Positions 41,597 through 54,400 of a stretch of DNA of 64,000 bases are shown here, piece after piece. The number at the start of each line of letters is the position of its first letter. The first letter of the stretch is position 1. The notes beneath the pieces were generated by a model. The model saw only the letters and a program-made list of their open reading frames with translations. It made no database searches and was not told the DNA's origin. Position numbers and translations under genes: made by a program. The DNA is from Thelocarpon superellum (lineage: Eukaryota): contig JAPEUG010000004.1 of assembly GCA_026025795.1 (NCBI GenBank), forward strand, positions 62,001 to 126,000, read 5' to 3'.

Positions 41597-43182
41597 TCAT
41601 GAGTCAAAGATGGCTCCATACGCCGCGATGCCCCGGCTTTCCATGCCGTACACCACCTTGCGTGTTAGCTTCGGGTTGGATATGATGAAGACGGCCTCGG
41701 CGTCGTACTCGCGGAAGAGGCGGTAGGTCATGGTCACCATGTCCGGCCGGCCCTGGGTCCGCGTGTTCCAGATGACGGCATTCGGGTCGGCTTCTAGGAC
41801 CGTTTTCATGATGGTCGGTCCGTAGGTCGTCTCGGGATGCGGCGTCGACCACAGGATCCGGCGCGGCGTGATGTTCGCCTTCATGAGCGACAGCGTCGGA
41901 CCAATGCCCGAGCCCGTGGCGACCACGATGATCCGTTTGAACAGCTTGGAGGTGTAGAGCAGGCCGTGCATCGGATAGCCGCGCACCCAGAGCTTCTGCG
42001 GCTGATGTTGGATGGTATTCTTCGTCCAGTCGCCCGCATTCGACACCACGACCGAGAAGCCCTTGGTCCCACCCTGCTCGTCCGTGTCGGGGATGGTGGC
42101 AAAGGCGTGCCACTCCAGCAAGGGACGATTCGACACCTTCAGGCCATAGAAGGGTTTCATAGGCATGTACCCAAAGTGCAAGCGAATCGCATGGTCCGAG
42201 AGCCTCTCCGGGGTGACGGTGCGACGGCGGAGCCGCGCCCAGGAAAGCACCGAGCAGCCGGTGGAAACGAGCAAAAACCAAAAGTTGACCGACTGCACCA
42301 GGTCCATGCCGAGGCTGAGGCCTTTGGCGCGGCCATCGGCGGCGGCATTCAGAATCAAGTGCGTCCAGAAGGTGGCCAAGGCGGCCCAGCCGGCGAAGCG
42401 GTGAGTGTATTCAAAGCGGTCGTGGTAGCGTACCCGGAGCCGAGGGTGTGCCGCAATCACCATGGCGAGGAACATGGTAACGAGTATCCACGAGGTGATG
42501 ACCGACGACCTCGCGTCGTTTTGCCGCGTCTCCACAAACTCTTTGGTCGCTAGCGCCGTGTAGAGCAAGTGCCACGTCACGGCAGCGACCCCACATCCGC
42601 TGTGTGCCCCACCATAGTGGAAGACCTTGGCGCAGCGCGTGCGCAGCCAGAGCGGCAGCCCGTGAGGAACGCTCGTAAAGATCTCGTACCACAGGTTGAC
42701 AAAGTTCTCTTGCCGGAAAAGTAGCGCAACCATCAGATTGGCCGACACCGCTATCTGCACCGTGGTCATCAAGTCCCGCGTCGACCGCTGCGTGCTGACC
42801 ATGACGATAAAGGCAATCAGGTTGGCGGCGAAGACGATGGTAAAGGTCTTGCGGTAGTAGGAAAAGAAATTGTCTGTCCGCGACCAATCAGCACCTGCCG
42901 CCCACGCTTGCTGCCGGCACACCCACGATCGAGATATCGCGCGAGCCTGGAGCGGTGACGCTTCGCCGGTAGCAACGGCGTGCCATGCTCGTCGGCGTCT
43001 GCCGAAGCAACGTTCGCCGCCAGAGACTTCTCCAGGAGCGACGGGGTCGTCGACGACTCAGACGAGGGATCGAGGGACGCTGTTCGTGCTGGGGATGGAA
43101 TTTCCCGCGGCGGCGTCGGCGTTACGGCGTGTTGCCGGATTTGCACGTCCGCCGCCTCTTTCTCGACGTCTCGCTCCATCAT
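41597..43182 (-). CDS. Integral membrane protein with ferric-reductase-like TM region and FNR-like NAD(P)-binding C-terminus
   Basis: Exon 1 43182-42927, intron 42926-42874, then HNFFSYYRKTF.. TM helices with His motifs (FHYGGAHSG, HDRFEYTHRFAGW), EWHAFA, VVSNAGDWT and VVATGSGIGP, ending in GAIFDS. Confidence 0.85.
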
Positions 43183-45688
43183 CGCAAGGCTACAGGCCAG
43201 TCCCGGCCGGCGAGGTGAAGGAGGGCCAGCCCGATTAGAAGGATGCAAGGGGCATTTAAGGGCGCGAGGGAAGGCCGTGAGTTTGGATCAAGCGATCCAG
43301 GGCCGAGGACACGGAGAGCTTCTAAAGTACATGATCCGGATCCATGGGTGAGGAAGGAACGGGGGCCGTTGAGGAAGGGACAGGGTAGATAAAGAAGGGG
43401 TGTGAGATGCGCCAGAGGCGTAAGATGCGTAGACGCCGAACGCGGGAGGGTATCGGTATCTGCCCCACCCTCACCTCTGTAAAGAGGACTCGAAGCTGAG
43501 GCGGATGGGAGGAAACACCGGCTGATGTCTCGGGTCAGGCGCCAGCAGCATCGTCGCGGCGTCTGCACACGTTGCCCCTCTACGCTTCCACCCCACCCAG
43601 TCGCCGCGTGAGGCAGCACAGATGTGGCGGACTTGGGGGAGAGCAGCGACCAGCCGGTCTCAGACGGAGGCGTCGTTCATCCAATCCCCCACGTCGTGGC
43701 ACCTCGTCCGTCCATCGAAGCCATGGTCCGGCCTCATCCCTGGGGCGGGACGGCGAGCCAAGGCGGCCCGGCGGTTATCCTTCCGGGATCACCATGGCGG
43801 CCGTGATCGACGGCTGGCAACGGCGGATAGCTGTCATGGATTGAGAGAGGGGCGCTTGGCTCGAGGCTGAGCGCGTCGCATGGCCCAAGGCCAGGCGGTG
43901 GGCACCGGCGGGAGCTGGCCCGATCAACCCTGGACCCTCGTGGCATGGCCTTTTCCTCGCACGCTGAGCCCCCGGTCGCTCATGTGAGGTCGGGATGATC
44001 CCCTGCATGCAGAGATCGGCTGGCATCTGGTACCGAATACATGATCAACACGGTTCAGCTGCCTCTATGCAGCTTCACGGACGAGAGGACCAGCTGCATG
44101 CGACGATGGCCGAACTCTGAAGAAGGGTGATGGCCGGGAAGTGGGGGTGTGCAGCGCCGGCTTGGTGATCCGTTTTTAGCGGCCGGCGTCCTAGCGGCCG
44201 GCTGCCTGGCCCCGCTAATGCGAGCGTCGATTCCCACCCTGTTCCTGCTACGCGCCGCTTATCATGCCTGCCCCGCTCTCGCTTTTCGCCGCCGCGTACG
44301 TTGAGGAGCGGAGGCAACTCGGGCCGAAGAGTCACGTCTCGTTCATCTTCGCCCAATGCGTGATGCTAAGACGGACACCGTGGACTATCTACGGAGCAAG
44401 ACGCACTCCTTGTTCCATCCTCGTCGCTCGTCGATCGACAGACACCTTTCCTTTACGTCCTTCCTTTGTGCCCGAAACGAGCGTAAGGTCCGAGAATGCG
44501 ATCCCCAGGACGCCCATCCTGCATCCTTTGCCACCTGTCCCTTGGCTCGTCTTTTGCTGAGTGGTGTGGCAGACAGGTCCAAGCTTGATGTGTGATCGTC
44601 ACGAAAACGTCATACCACATGGACAGAAACCTTGGGCCCCCTACCAGACAAGTCATGATCTGTGCGTCGTGCTGACTGGCAGAGGATAGCAGAGAACATG
44701 CAGATCGTATCTTGCGAGGTAGCAATGGCATCGGCGGGCTCTCGGCAATAGTTTGCACATACCCTGAGGCGCGGACTGACTAACATTATTACTGACACAT
44801 AAGCACAGCTACTTGGGGGATCCCTGTTTTCTCAGTGTGTAGGGGTGCACACGTGACGTAGTCACATGCGCCTTCATATACCATCTCAACTACGCGTCGC
44901 ATTTGCATTACAGCTCTGATTCCTACAAATATGAGTTTGGGGCATTCCGTCCCAAATCAGCGTGCATGTCATCAGGAGCAGAGACGCAGAGAAAGTCGGA
45001 GATCCAACAGTCAAGTTGGGGGTGCGCTTTGTAGCGCGACTGTCCTGTCAGTACCGGCCGAGTCCTTCCGGTCGTTGTTTCTCCACGTCCGGATCATTCG
45101 TTCAGATGCTATCCTCACTTTCCGCTTGCGGGTTTCTGGCAGGGGGTGAGCCAGCCACGGAGAACCCTGACCTGCTGGCGCGAGAGGGCGGAGCATCGAA
45201 TTTGGAACAGAGATGGAATGACTCTGACGCAGATGCCTTACGGAGAAGCACGAGCGAGTCGGCTCCCGAGTACTCTGATCTGGGAGCGTTTTGTAGAGGA
45301 GCAACATTCAGAAGCAGAGGCCAGTTGTCTACCGGGCACATTCGCCATGGACAGACCGCTACCGCCCCCCACCTCGACTGAAGACACACCTGGTCGCGCC
45401 GTCTGACCACTTCCCGATTGCAAACTCGTCGGCATGGCAATCTCACCGCGCATTGGTGGCGTAACGAGGCATGGGCGACCAGAACGGCACAGGCACGGCA
45501 TAGGATCATCATGAGCTATGGTAAACGAGGGTGGGATCATGATTGGCTTCTGACATCATCGAGATACATATGTATGGGAGGATGCAAGTGTACGACCGAG
45601 GGGAAGTGCATCGCCGTGAAACGAGCTTAGCGTTCGATTCGGACGAATCCTCTCGGACGGAAGCGGCCTTGGACCTCTCGTGGCATCA

Positions 45689-46642
45689 TCAGTCGAGCTC
45701 CATCGCAAAGCATGGTTCGGGTAATGTATCTCGACCGGGGTTGTCAGCGAGCTCCGAGAAATGCGACGAGTCGACAAGGGACACGGTCGAGGGTCCTGCA
45801 GCTCGAAGGACGGGGGCGTCGGAGACGAAGGAGACTGGCACGCGACGCAAATTATCCAAAGCCGCCTCGGGGCTGCGACCGATCAGCCTGGCTTCGCTCA
45901 GGTCCTCATCGAAGAGAAAGTAGCCTTCCGCCGCGCGCACGACGTAGGCGGCAAGACCCTGGGAGCGAAGCAAGAGGGTGGGCGAAGTCAGGGGGTAGTG
46001 CTTCGCAATGAAACGAGTCCAGCCACGGATGGCTGCCTCAGTCGATGCATCGGGCCCGGACGGATCCGATGGAGAGCCGACAGGCGTGACGTTGCTCCAG
46101 CCGATGCCCAGCACCGTCGACGCATCTAACGTCGGGTCCGCGAGATCAATGGCCCGCGCCTTGTTGCTCATGAAGCCCGACGGCGTGGGTGATGAGGTGT
46201 TGAGACGTTGTGACTTGCGGCTGACGAGCCGGGGTGGGGTATCGACCGGGGCGGAGGAGAGCGTTTCCGACACGACCGCCTCTTCTGCCCAGGTCCCCGT
46301 CTGGCTGGCAGCCGAGATGATTAAGCCATTGGGCCTGATGAGCGTCATGCCGGGACCGTACCTCGGCTCCGAACGTGGTGGCGACCTCAGCGGCGACTCC
46401 ATTGAGGGCCCCGCGCCCACGTCCGGTGCGTCCCCCTCGTCGCGTGACCGCTTGCGACCGCGAGGAGCGGGGCCCAAGATCTGACTTTTGACCGACCGCC
46501 ATGTCGTTGACGTGGGGCATTGCGACTGGATCGGTGAGGCGCAGTTGACGAAGCTGGCGGGCGAAGGGGCATCGCCGGGGCCGAATAAGTGGGCGGGGAC
46601 GGCCGTGGCAGCAGAAGCGTAGTCTTGGTTGGCGAGACCCAT
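45689..46642 (-). CDS. Conserved fungal hypothetical protein
   Basis: Long ORF with RGRKRSRDE, PRYGPGMTLI, SAASQTGTWAEE, LGIGW, AAIRGWTRFIAKHYPL, GYFLFDEDLSEARLIG. Start chosen at MGLANQDY and is uncertain. Confidence 0.75.
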   Translation of the reverse strand: MGLANQDYASAATAVPAHLFGPGDAPSPASFVNCASPIQSQCPTSTTWRSVKSQILGPAPRGRKRSRDEGDAPDVGAGPSMESPLRSPPRSEPRYGPGMTLIRPNGLIISAASQTGTWAEEAVVSETLSSAPVDTPPRLVSRKSQRLNTSSPTPSGFMSNKARAIDLADPTLDASTVLGIGWSNVTPVGSPSDPSGPDASTEAAIRGWTRFIAKHYPLTSPTLLLRSQGLAAYVVRAAEGYFLFDEDLSEARLIGRSPEAALDNLRRVPVSFVSDAPVLRAAGPSTVSLVDSSHFSELADNPGRDTLPEPCFAMELD

Positions 46643-47636
46643 GATGGCGAGGCAGTGATTCAGACACACGAGCGATCCCGTGACCACTAAGGAAGGATCA
46701 ACGAGCAAGAAAGCAAGCGAGATTCTACTTCGATCCAAGCAGTGTCTGGAAGAGGTAATCGTCGGCGAATACGATCATGTACCAGATGCCATGGGCCAGC
46801 AGAACGATGGGCTGCAGTGGAGATCGTCCTTGGCATGGAGGGTACGTACCTTGGCCCGGTAGATATGGATCTGGGGGACGCCCGCTACTGCTGGAGGGGG
46901 CGGGAATGGGGTTCGGGACGTCGGGTCTTGCCGCTTCCTGGACGCCACCGGCCAGCCCGAAAGCCAAGACCGATCACTTGGAGCGATCAAGTGCCTGACT
47001 AGTCCTTTTCCACGCCCTAGACCGATGATGCTTTCCAGCGACGGCGGTCGCTTAACGCCTTTCCGGCTTTTCCATGCGCCTCGCCCCCGAACCACGCTAA
47101 CGCTCTCGGTGCTAGGCGCTCGTCCGGGGAGGCGTGGAGTCGCGAAGGAGGAAGAACTTGCGGTGCCTCGAGAGAAGGATTGTCTCACGACGCTTGGGCC
47201 AAGTTTTTCCGACACTAGTGGCGCCTGGGTATGAGAGGCTTGCGCGAAGAAGTCCTCCGGTCGATCCGGGAGAATGCTCCCCAAATGTCCATTACATTCT
47301 CGTGAGGAGGGGAAGGGGCAGATTTCCCATCCGCCGTGGAACACGCATCGGGCACATGTTGATACGCCAGGATCGGAGGATTGCGCCTCAGCAAATGGAT
47401 TGTGCATGCTACCAACGATTGGCTAAAGGTTAGATGGAACCGAACGTAACGACCGTGCGCTCGTTCGGTGGATGCTAGTTGGAACGCCCTGAGTCCAAAC
47501 ATCAAAGATTCACATCCCAATGCCAGCCGCGCCTCCTCATGCTACCTCCCCATGCTGACTCGTCCTGCTGACTCGTCCTGCTGCCTCGTCCCGCATGCCC
47601 ATAGCTCCTTGTCCCAGATGGGGAGACTTCGTCCGT

Positions 47637-48203
47637 CTAATTGTCCGCAGCGTCGTGGTGATGGTGAGTACCATTGAAGTGAGGGTGGAAGCCCTGGCGG
47701 AAAGAGACGGCATAATTCAGCGACTCGCCCGATGCCATGCTTTCGACGTCAACGTAATAGTTTCCAGTCGAGTTGATGTAGAAGTGGTTCCAGCGGCGAT
47801 GGAACGGACGTTGGTGGACGGGCGTGCCATCATCAGCCTTGACGATGACCGAAAGGGTCGACGTGATGCCAGCGCTTTCCGTGCAGTTGTCCGTGGCGTC
47901 CGGAGCATGCAGGGTCAACATGTAGAAGGTCCCGTTCGTCAATGTGAACTCCTTGCTCTTAGGCGTTGGCTGAGTCACAGTCGTGTTGACCACTTCCACC
48001 TTGGGGAATTGAGTGAGAAAAGAGGCATTGGCGTGTTTGTGCTGCGCCCACTCCGCGTGCCTCTCCTGTTCACACGCCGCTATTGTCGGGTTGCTGGAGG
48101 TGGGGTCCGTGGCTGCGGCACCGGGCGTGCCTTGCGGAGCGGCAGACACCGCCAAAGGTAGGGCAACGCCAAAGAGGAAAGTGGTAAGCGCCTTAGAATG
48201 CAT
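47637..48203 (-). CDS. Secreted orphan protein, 188 aa (effector-like)
   Basis: Clear signal peptide MHSKALTTFLFGVALPLAVSA/AP, several N-glycosylation sequons, intronless ORF, TATA-like ATAAAAG about 240 bp upstream. Confidence 0.75.
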   Translation of the reverse strand: MHSKALTTFLFGVALPLAVSAAPQGTPGAAATDPTSSNPTIAACEQERHAEWAQHKHANASFLTQFPKVEVVNTTVTQPTPKSKEFTLTNGTFYMLTLHAPDATDNCTESAGITSTLSVIVKADDGTPVHQRPFHRRWNHFYINSTGNYYVDVESMASGESLNYAVSFRQGFHPHFNGTHHHHDAADN

Positions 48204-48301
48204 GATTGAACGATGTTGAAATATAAGGGATATAGGTGGACGTTTGGAAAACGGCGTTGAAGAATCTGAGTGGTCTGACAGAAATCGCTGGAGAAGCTGA
48301 A

Positions 48302-48400
48302 GATGCTGGAGATGCTGGAGATGCTGGAGATGCTGGAGATGCTGGAGATGCTGGAGATGCTGGAGATGCTGGAGATGCTGGAGATGCTGGAGATGCTGGA
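48302..48400. repeat. 9-bp minisatellite (GATGCTGGA)x11 with degenerate flanking copies
   Basis: Exact tandem array from 48302 to 48400. Confidence 0.97.
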
Positions 48401-50264
48401 GATGCTGATGGAGGAGGAGTGCGAACAGGACCGCCTTTTATCCTCGTTGGCAGCGGTCTTGATGTCATGGACACGACGCAGCTGACTCCAGGCATAGACT
48501 CTGACAGGAGCACGGACTCCGTTGAGAGCATAATTTCCTGTGGGAGCATAGACTGCGTCGGGGGCGTGGATCACAGCTTGGTGGCTAGGAAAGGAATTGA
48601 TTGGACGCGCGGTGCACGTCTACGTCCAGCAAGATCAATGCCTTGAAGAAACAGAAACGAGTCGTGGAGGCTGTGGCGGAAGGACGCCGTCTTAACCGAC
48701 CATGTCGGAGACTATGATTCAGAGTCCATCGTCCGCTTCCAGAAGTCGACAAAGCTTGGCTGTCCGACGCATGCGCCTTGCCCTAATCGGTCCAAGAGGC
48801 CGTCGCAGATAGGACGCGTGGCATCCGCACCAGCAGCTTCCCGTCGTGTTTCAGGCGTGCTGACGTATGTGGTAGGGGCCCGATCTCCCCACATCTGCAA
48901 CATGCCATACCCTTCCTTCACTAGATGAGGAGCCTGAGGTTTCTGCATGTTTATGCCAAGCCGAGCTGGCCGGACCAAGAGGGTATGACGGGAAGTTCTC
49001 TGGCTTGGCGTTCATGGCCCTCAACTGGTCAGTCGCTTAGACCTGACGCTCATTGGCCACACGGCAGTTCGGCTCGACACTTTTAGTGGAAAAAGTAGCG
49101 TCATTGATACGTGCCCCACACTCGGCACATATTCTCGCGGTGGCGGGCATTATTGTATTGTAACCCATGTCTCGTAGTGCGGCTCAGTGTGCGCTGTTTT
49201 GGAGACCGCATCGGGCGGTGCTTCAAACGAACGTCAGCACTCATGAGTGTGGAGTAGAGGCGGTCCCTATCGACCCGACACCTCCATTTCTGTCGCTATG
49301 CCCGCGTCATCAGCTATGGTCGTGTGGCCCTGAGTGAAAATGGTGGTGTTTATGGGCAAGGGGTAAAAACTCGAATAGAATGAATCATGATCGTGGAGTG
49401 GAGGTGGTTCTCGTCCGTCAGATCTCCTCTGTTCCTGTCACTACGCGCGCATCATCAGCTATGCTCGTGTGGCCGTGAGTGATGGAGATTATGGGCAACT
49501 GTTGGCATACTACCAGGAGTATCAATGCCCATCAACGCCATCACTGGGTGTGGCGCCATCCGTCTGCCATGCATAATGTCTCTGGACGCACCAAAGGCAG
49601 ACGACCTCGGGACAGCGTTAAGCAAAACCTCACGTGATCGAGATGCCTGCTTGGCCCCGCGAAGACACTAGCCATCCGACCTGGCAGAATACGATATTTC
49701 CAGCGACGCAGTGAACGATGCGAGGCTGAATGCTATGGATCAAGTCGAGGCCGTCACACAGCCTGTGATCTGCTGCAAAGCACTGCCGCTGCAGTACTCG
49801 AGACATCGAATCGCGCCCACGCTTACAGAGTCATCTGGTAGCTAGCTTACGGTGCCGAAAGGGTTCGGGATTGCATGGCTGTTCACCGTCATATTCTCCT
49901 TTCCCTCTGTCTGGTTCACAAGTTGAAATCAACAGGCAGATTGTGTCATTGGTCCAGCTGACGCGTTGAGAGTGGCGACCACAGCGCCCCGGGTTAAGTC
50001 CCTGCACACCGGTGGGTTTTCTCAATTCCGGAAGCCGAGGCCGAGAATCACTCCAATGTCCTCTCACGCATGCTCGTCGACGTCGAGGACGGAAGTGGAT
50101 GTCGAAGAGTGGGCATGGCCAATTCCAGTCTCGTCAAGATCTGAGCGAAATCACCTAGGAGAATGATACAGGAGCTGTGGTTTCATCGTTCTATGACTGG
50201 ACTGTGCAACGGAACTATCACGTCGCTGCTTGCCCGCCGATCATCCCGACGCCGAAACAAGCAC

Positions 50265-50947
50265 TCAGAATCCTGCAACCAACCGTTAGTTCACGATTCC
50301 ACACGGATGCAAACCGCCGGGCGTGCCCGCAGCCTTGTCGCGATGGCCTGAAGGGAACGTACTCAACGGGGTGAAAAACCACCGGTTCTTCCCACTGGTG
50401 TACCGCTCTTCTAGTGCCTTCTTGACCGTCTTCTTTGCTTCCTCCCGTTGCGACACCTCCTTGAAAGTATCATTGGTCACAACACCCTTCAATCCTTCCA
50501 GTTCCAAGGTGTATCGGGTGGGCATGAGATGATTGTAGTTGATCGTCTTGATGAAAGGCTTGACCTTGCTTCGCTTGGCTGCCCGGCCTTTGGACATGCG
50601 GCGCGTAACTTGTGAGGGATATCGCTCGATCCCGGCTACAAGAGCGTGAGGAAACGGGTGGGACTTCGAACCCGTGTCGAGCGGTTGGATGATGACCACC
50701 TGTCGAAGCCATCAGCAACGCCTCCCCCCAGATCACGCGCGCAAGGTCTTCATGACTACGGCGCGGCATCGTGCAAGGGAGCGTCATACCTTCTTGCCGG
50801 CATATCGCCCTCTCGTGATGATGGCCACGCGGCCAACTTTGAGGACTATCACAGAATTAATGACAAGTCCCAATCATACTCAGGGTCCGTCCCACACGAG
50901 ATATCGTGCCATCAAGACGTTCGACGAGGGTGGGACGTACACTTCAT
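50265..50947 (-). CDS. RPL27: 60S ribosomal protein eL27, 4 exons
   Basis: Spliced [83 protein letters not shown]. Confidence 0.97.
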
Positions 50948-51463
50948 CGTGGTGCAACAGCAGATGAATCTGCTCGGTCTCAAGGTGGAGGGGCAACGAC
51001 GTCGGGGGCTCGACAGTCCCAACGACTAAATTCAGTACGTGGCGTGCGGTCCTCGCGTAACTCGTCAGGGTTCTCGCCTGCATAGCCCTTAGCACTGTCG
51101 CCAAGACCGCGCTTGCCCCAATGAGCAGTCTGTTTACGTACCGCTCTAGCGAGCCCTCCTACCCTTGCGGTAAACAAGTCGGGATCAGGTACGAGGGCGC
51201 TAGTGACGGGATTTCGGTGGCTCTCATCATCACACATGACAAGCACTGATCACCTCATGATCCACCGCCTCTCTGAATGCCTTCGCGCATAACCACTGAG
51301 CTACATTTGGCTCGACCCAAACTCAGCCGACAGGAACAGTCGGCCCCGCTTCCCTCTTGCTCCAGCCGCCGAGAAATGCGCGCTATCGGCCGGTTCTAAG
51401 CACCAGGGCGCATTACTCAGAGTACTTATCCGCCGCATTCCTCGCCTGCCGATGCCTCTGAAC

Positions 51464-54400
51464 ATGACCTCGGCGAAGACCGACGTCTCCCGCGACCGAG
51501 ACGACGGGCCCAGCGTTCGTCATCAACATTCTTCCTCGGAATTGTCACGTACGCCAGTACCAATGTAGGTGGTCACCGCCCTTCCGTCATGGAGCTTCCC
51601 CTCATAACCGTGACTTTTCGACCGCCGTGCCACCACCGGTCGTCGCAGAGTAAACGAAACGATGCCATAGCGCACCGGATATGGCTGACCTCGTGCCTTG
51701 CACTCTAGGTGGGATAGCAGTGATCCTGAGCGGGCCCCGCCCCCGCTACCACTCAATCCTTCGTCGCCCTCCCTCACCACTCACGCCCATGCATCCCCCA
51801 CGGTGGTGGCCGCGGCCGCGGCGCTGACCGAGAGGACCCGGGAGCACGCGGGTCCTAGCCATTACATGACCAACCCCATGGCGGTCAAGCGAGATGGCTC
51901 ACCGGACAAGTCGCTCATCAAGGGCCATCATCACAAACGGATGCAATCTCTCCAAGTGGCTGGCGGAAGCGTCCGAGATATGAGTCATGTCCTCGAGCAA
52001 GGTACACTACGTTCACCCGAGCGCTCGCCAGAGCGATCCACTTCACGAGCCATCACGCCAGGTGCCACGCGAGAAGTCGGCAGCGCATCGCCCGAGCGGA
52101 ATCCTCACTCGTCCGCTCTCTCGCTCTATCAAGGAAGGGAGTCAGGCAGAGACACGCCCAGCACACGGTCTTCCTCCACCCGACCTCCACCCAAAAGCAT
52201 CCTGGGCGAGAACACGCCGCCTCAATCGGCCACGATGCTCGCACTTCAGACCATGTCGACCCCGACTAAGGGAGAGAGCCCGGGGCCAGGCCCGGCCGCC
52301 GCGGCGGCGCTCGGACGGACCCCACAGAGCTTTGACGGTATCTCGTCGCAGATCTTGAGCCTCACCAGCATCGCAACCAGCCTCCAACGTGAGATGACCC
52401 AACTCAGCCGCCGGAGCCGAGACAATGCTACCGACCTGATCAGCTTGAAAGAAGCCACCAATGCACGGGACGAGGATATTCGAAAGAGCCTACGCGATCT
52501 CGTCCACACCCTCTCCGCCACAAGTACCAGAGGAAACCTTGACATGGGCCCGGCCGGGCCCTACTTGCTCGATGATAAGCCCCACGCTCCATCACCCCCG
52601 GCCAGGGCGGGGAAAAATGTCACCCTGCCCCGCATTCCGACCCCAAGTAGTTTCGCCGCATCGTTGGAACGGGAGCTGGGGAGCGGGTCATCGTCATACT
52701 CTGCAGACGCTAGTGCTACCCTGGCACTGCTCGAAAAGGTCCTGCGCGAGATGGGCACCAGAGATGGACAGGACCGGCTCGTGTCTTTGATCGGCGACTT
52801 GACGAAGCACACGACAAAAGACGATGCAAAGACGTCGGAGAAGCTCGAGGAGATCGTCACTCTGCTTCGAGAGCGGTCCAATAGTCTGGCATTGGTGGCG
52901 CATCCGGGAGGTGGGAATGGCGGAGTGGGAGAGACTGGCAGCCCCCTGGCCGGAACACCGCCACGAGGCCCACAGAGGCTGGACTTCGACTACACGTCTC
53001 GGCGCCCGAGCGCGACCGCCAACGTGCATAACGCTCTGGCATCGCGCACCAATCGTGGCGGCGCTCCCTCGCAGTTAGCCGAGAACCGCAAGCCCTACTC
53101 GGTTCCGGGAGCCGCCGAGTTGGTCGGAGACGACATCACCAAGCTGCTTCGTCGCCTCAAAGACAGCGTGACGGAAAATGGCGGGATGACAGCAGAAGTG
53201 AAGGCTCTGGTCCGCGAGCTCCGTGGAGAGGTGCTAGGCATGGGACGGGAAATTGGTCGGAAGCTCAATGAAGCCAACACCACGGACGACAAGCACAAGG
53301 CGCGCGACGGATCATGGGCGCGAGATGACGTAGCCCGGATCATGCAAGAAGGCCTGGCGGAGCTCAAGGACCACATGGAGCGTGCCATGCGCGAGAAACG
53401 TCGACAGTCGGCCTCGTCGATGGTCTCCCGGAACACCGTCGACAGCCAGGAAGTCTACGAGGCCGTCCGACAGGCCATGAGCGACCTCCAGATGCAGCAA
53501 CAGTCACACGGCAAGGGCCAGGTTCCCGCGCTAGACAAGGAAGACATCATCGAAGCGGTCAAGGACGCGTGGGAGACGTACAAGCCCGAGATCGAATTGC
53601 AAAATTTCGGCCTGGAGCGGGAGGAGGTCCTACAATGCCTCAAGGAAGGCTTGGAAGAATATCGCCCGATCCGCGGCTCCCGCGACGCGTCTGGCGCCAG
53701 CCGGGATGAGGTCCTGGAGGCCATTCGCGAAGGCCTGGAGCAATTCCAACCCCCGCCGCCCGTGCCTCTCGAGTCCGAGGCTAGTGTGACCCGGGAGGAG
53801 ATTCTGGGAACGGTGCGCGAGTGCTTGGAGACGTTCGACTTTGCCAAGCACGTCGCCAGTGCCACCCGGGACATCCGAGCTTCTCGACTCAGTGCGGGGG
53901 GCCTGAACGAGCCGGCGCCTAAGGGTTTTGGCGGGGTGATGGAGGAAATGCGTATGGAATTCCAAGCCGTGTCGGATGAAGCCAAGCAGAACGTGGCCGC
54001 CCATGGTCGCGACACGGAACAGGTCCTTGACGCCGTGAAAGACGGGCTCGAGCGTCTCCGGTCGGACGTGGAGCTGTACGTGGACCGCGCTGCCGACGTG
54101 ACCGGCAAGGATGAAATCATCGAGTCGCTACGCGATGGATTCGAGCTCCTTCGGATGGACATGCAGACGCTGGGTGGTCGCGACAGCACGGGCTCGTCCA
54201 GCGCGGTGATGGAAGAGATGAAGGCCGAATTTGAACACCTGCGGGGCATCATCGCCACTACCATCGTCAAGAGTGGCAGCTCGGCCGACAAAGACGAAAT
54301 CCTTGACGCGCTGGCGCAAGGGTTTGATGAACTTCGCGCGGATGTCGGCAAGCCCCACGATCGACCCGAGAGCATTCTCTCTGGCACCGGCGAGATTCTC

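Noticed and set aside
48080..48646. ORFs with SSISSI / DAGDAG / MLEMLE repeats
   Set aside because: They are by-products of the stop-free 9-bp minisatellite being open in several frames. There are no spacers, so it is not CRISPR-like either.
50849..50940. Possible intronic snoRNA in RPL27 intron 1
   Set aside because: There is no convincing C box (RUGAUGA) with terminal stem, and the intron is of ordinary length.
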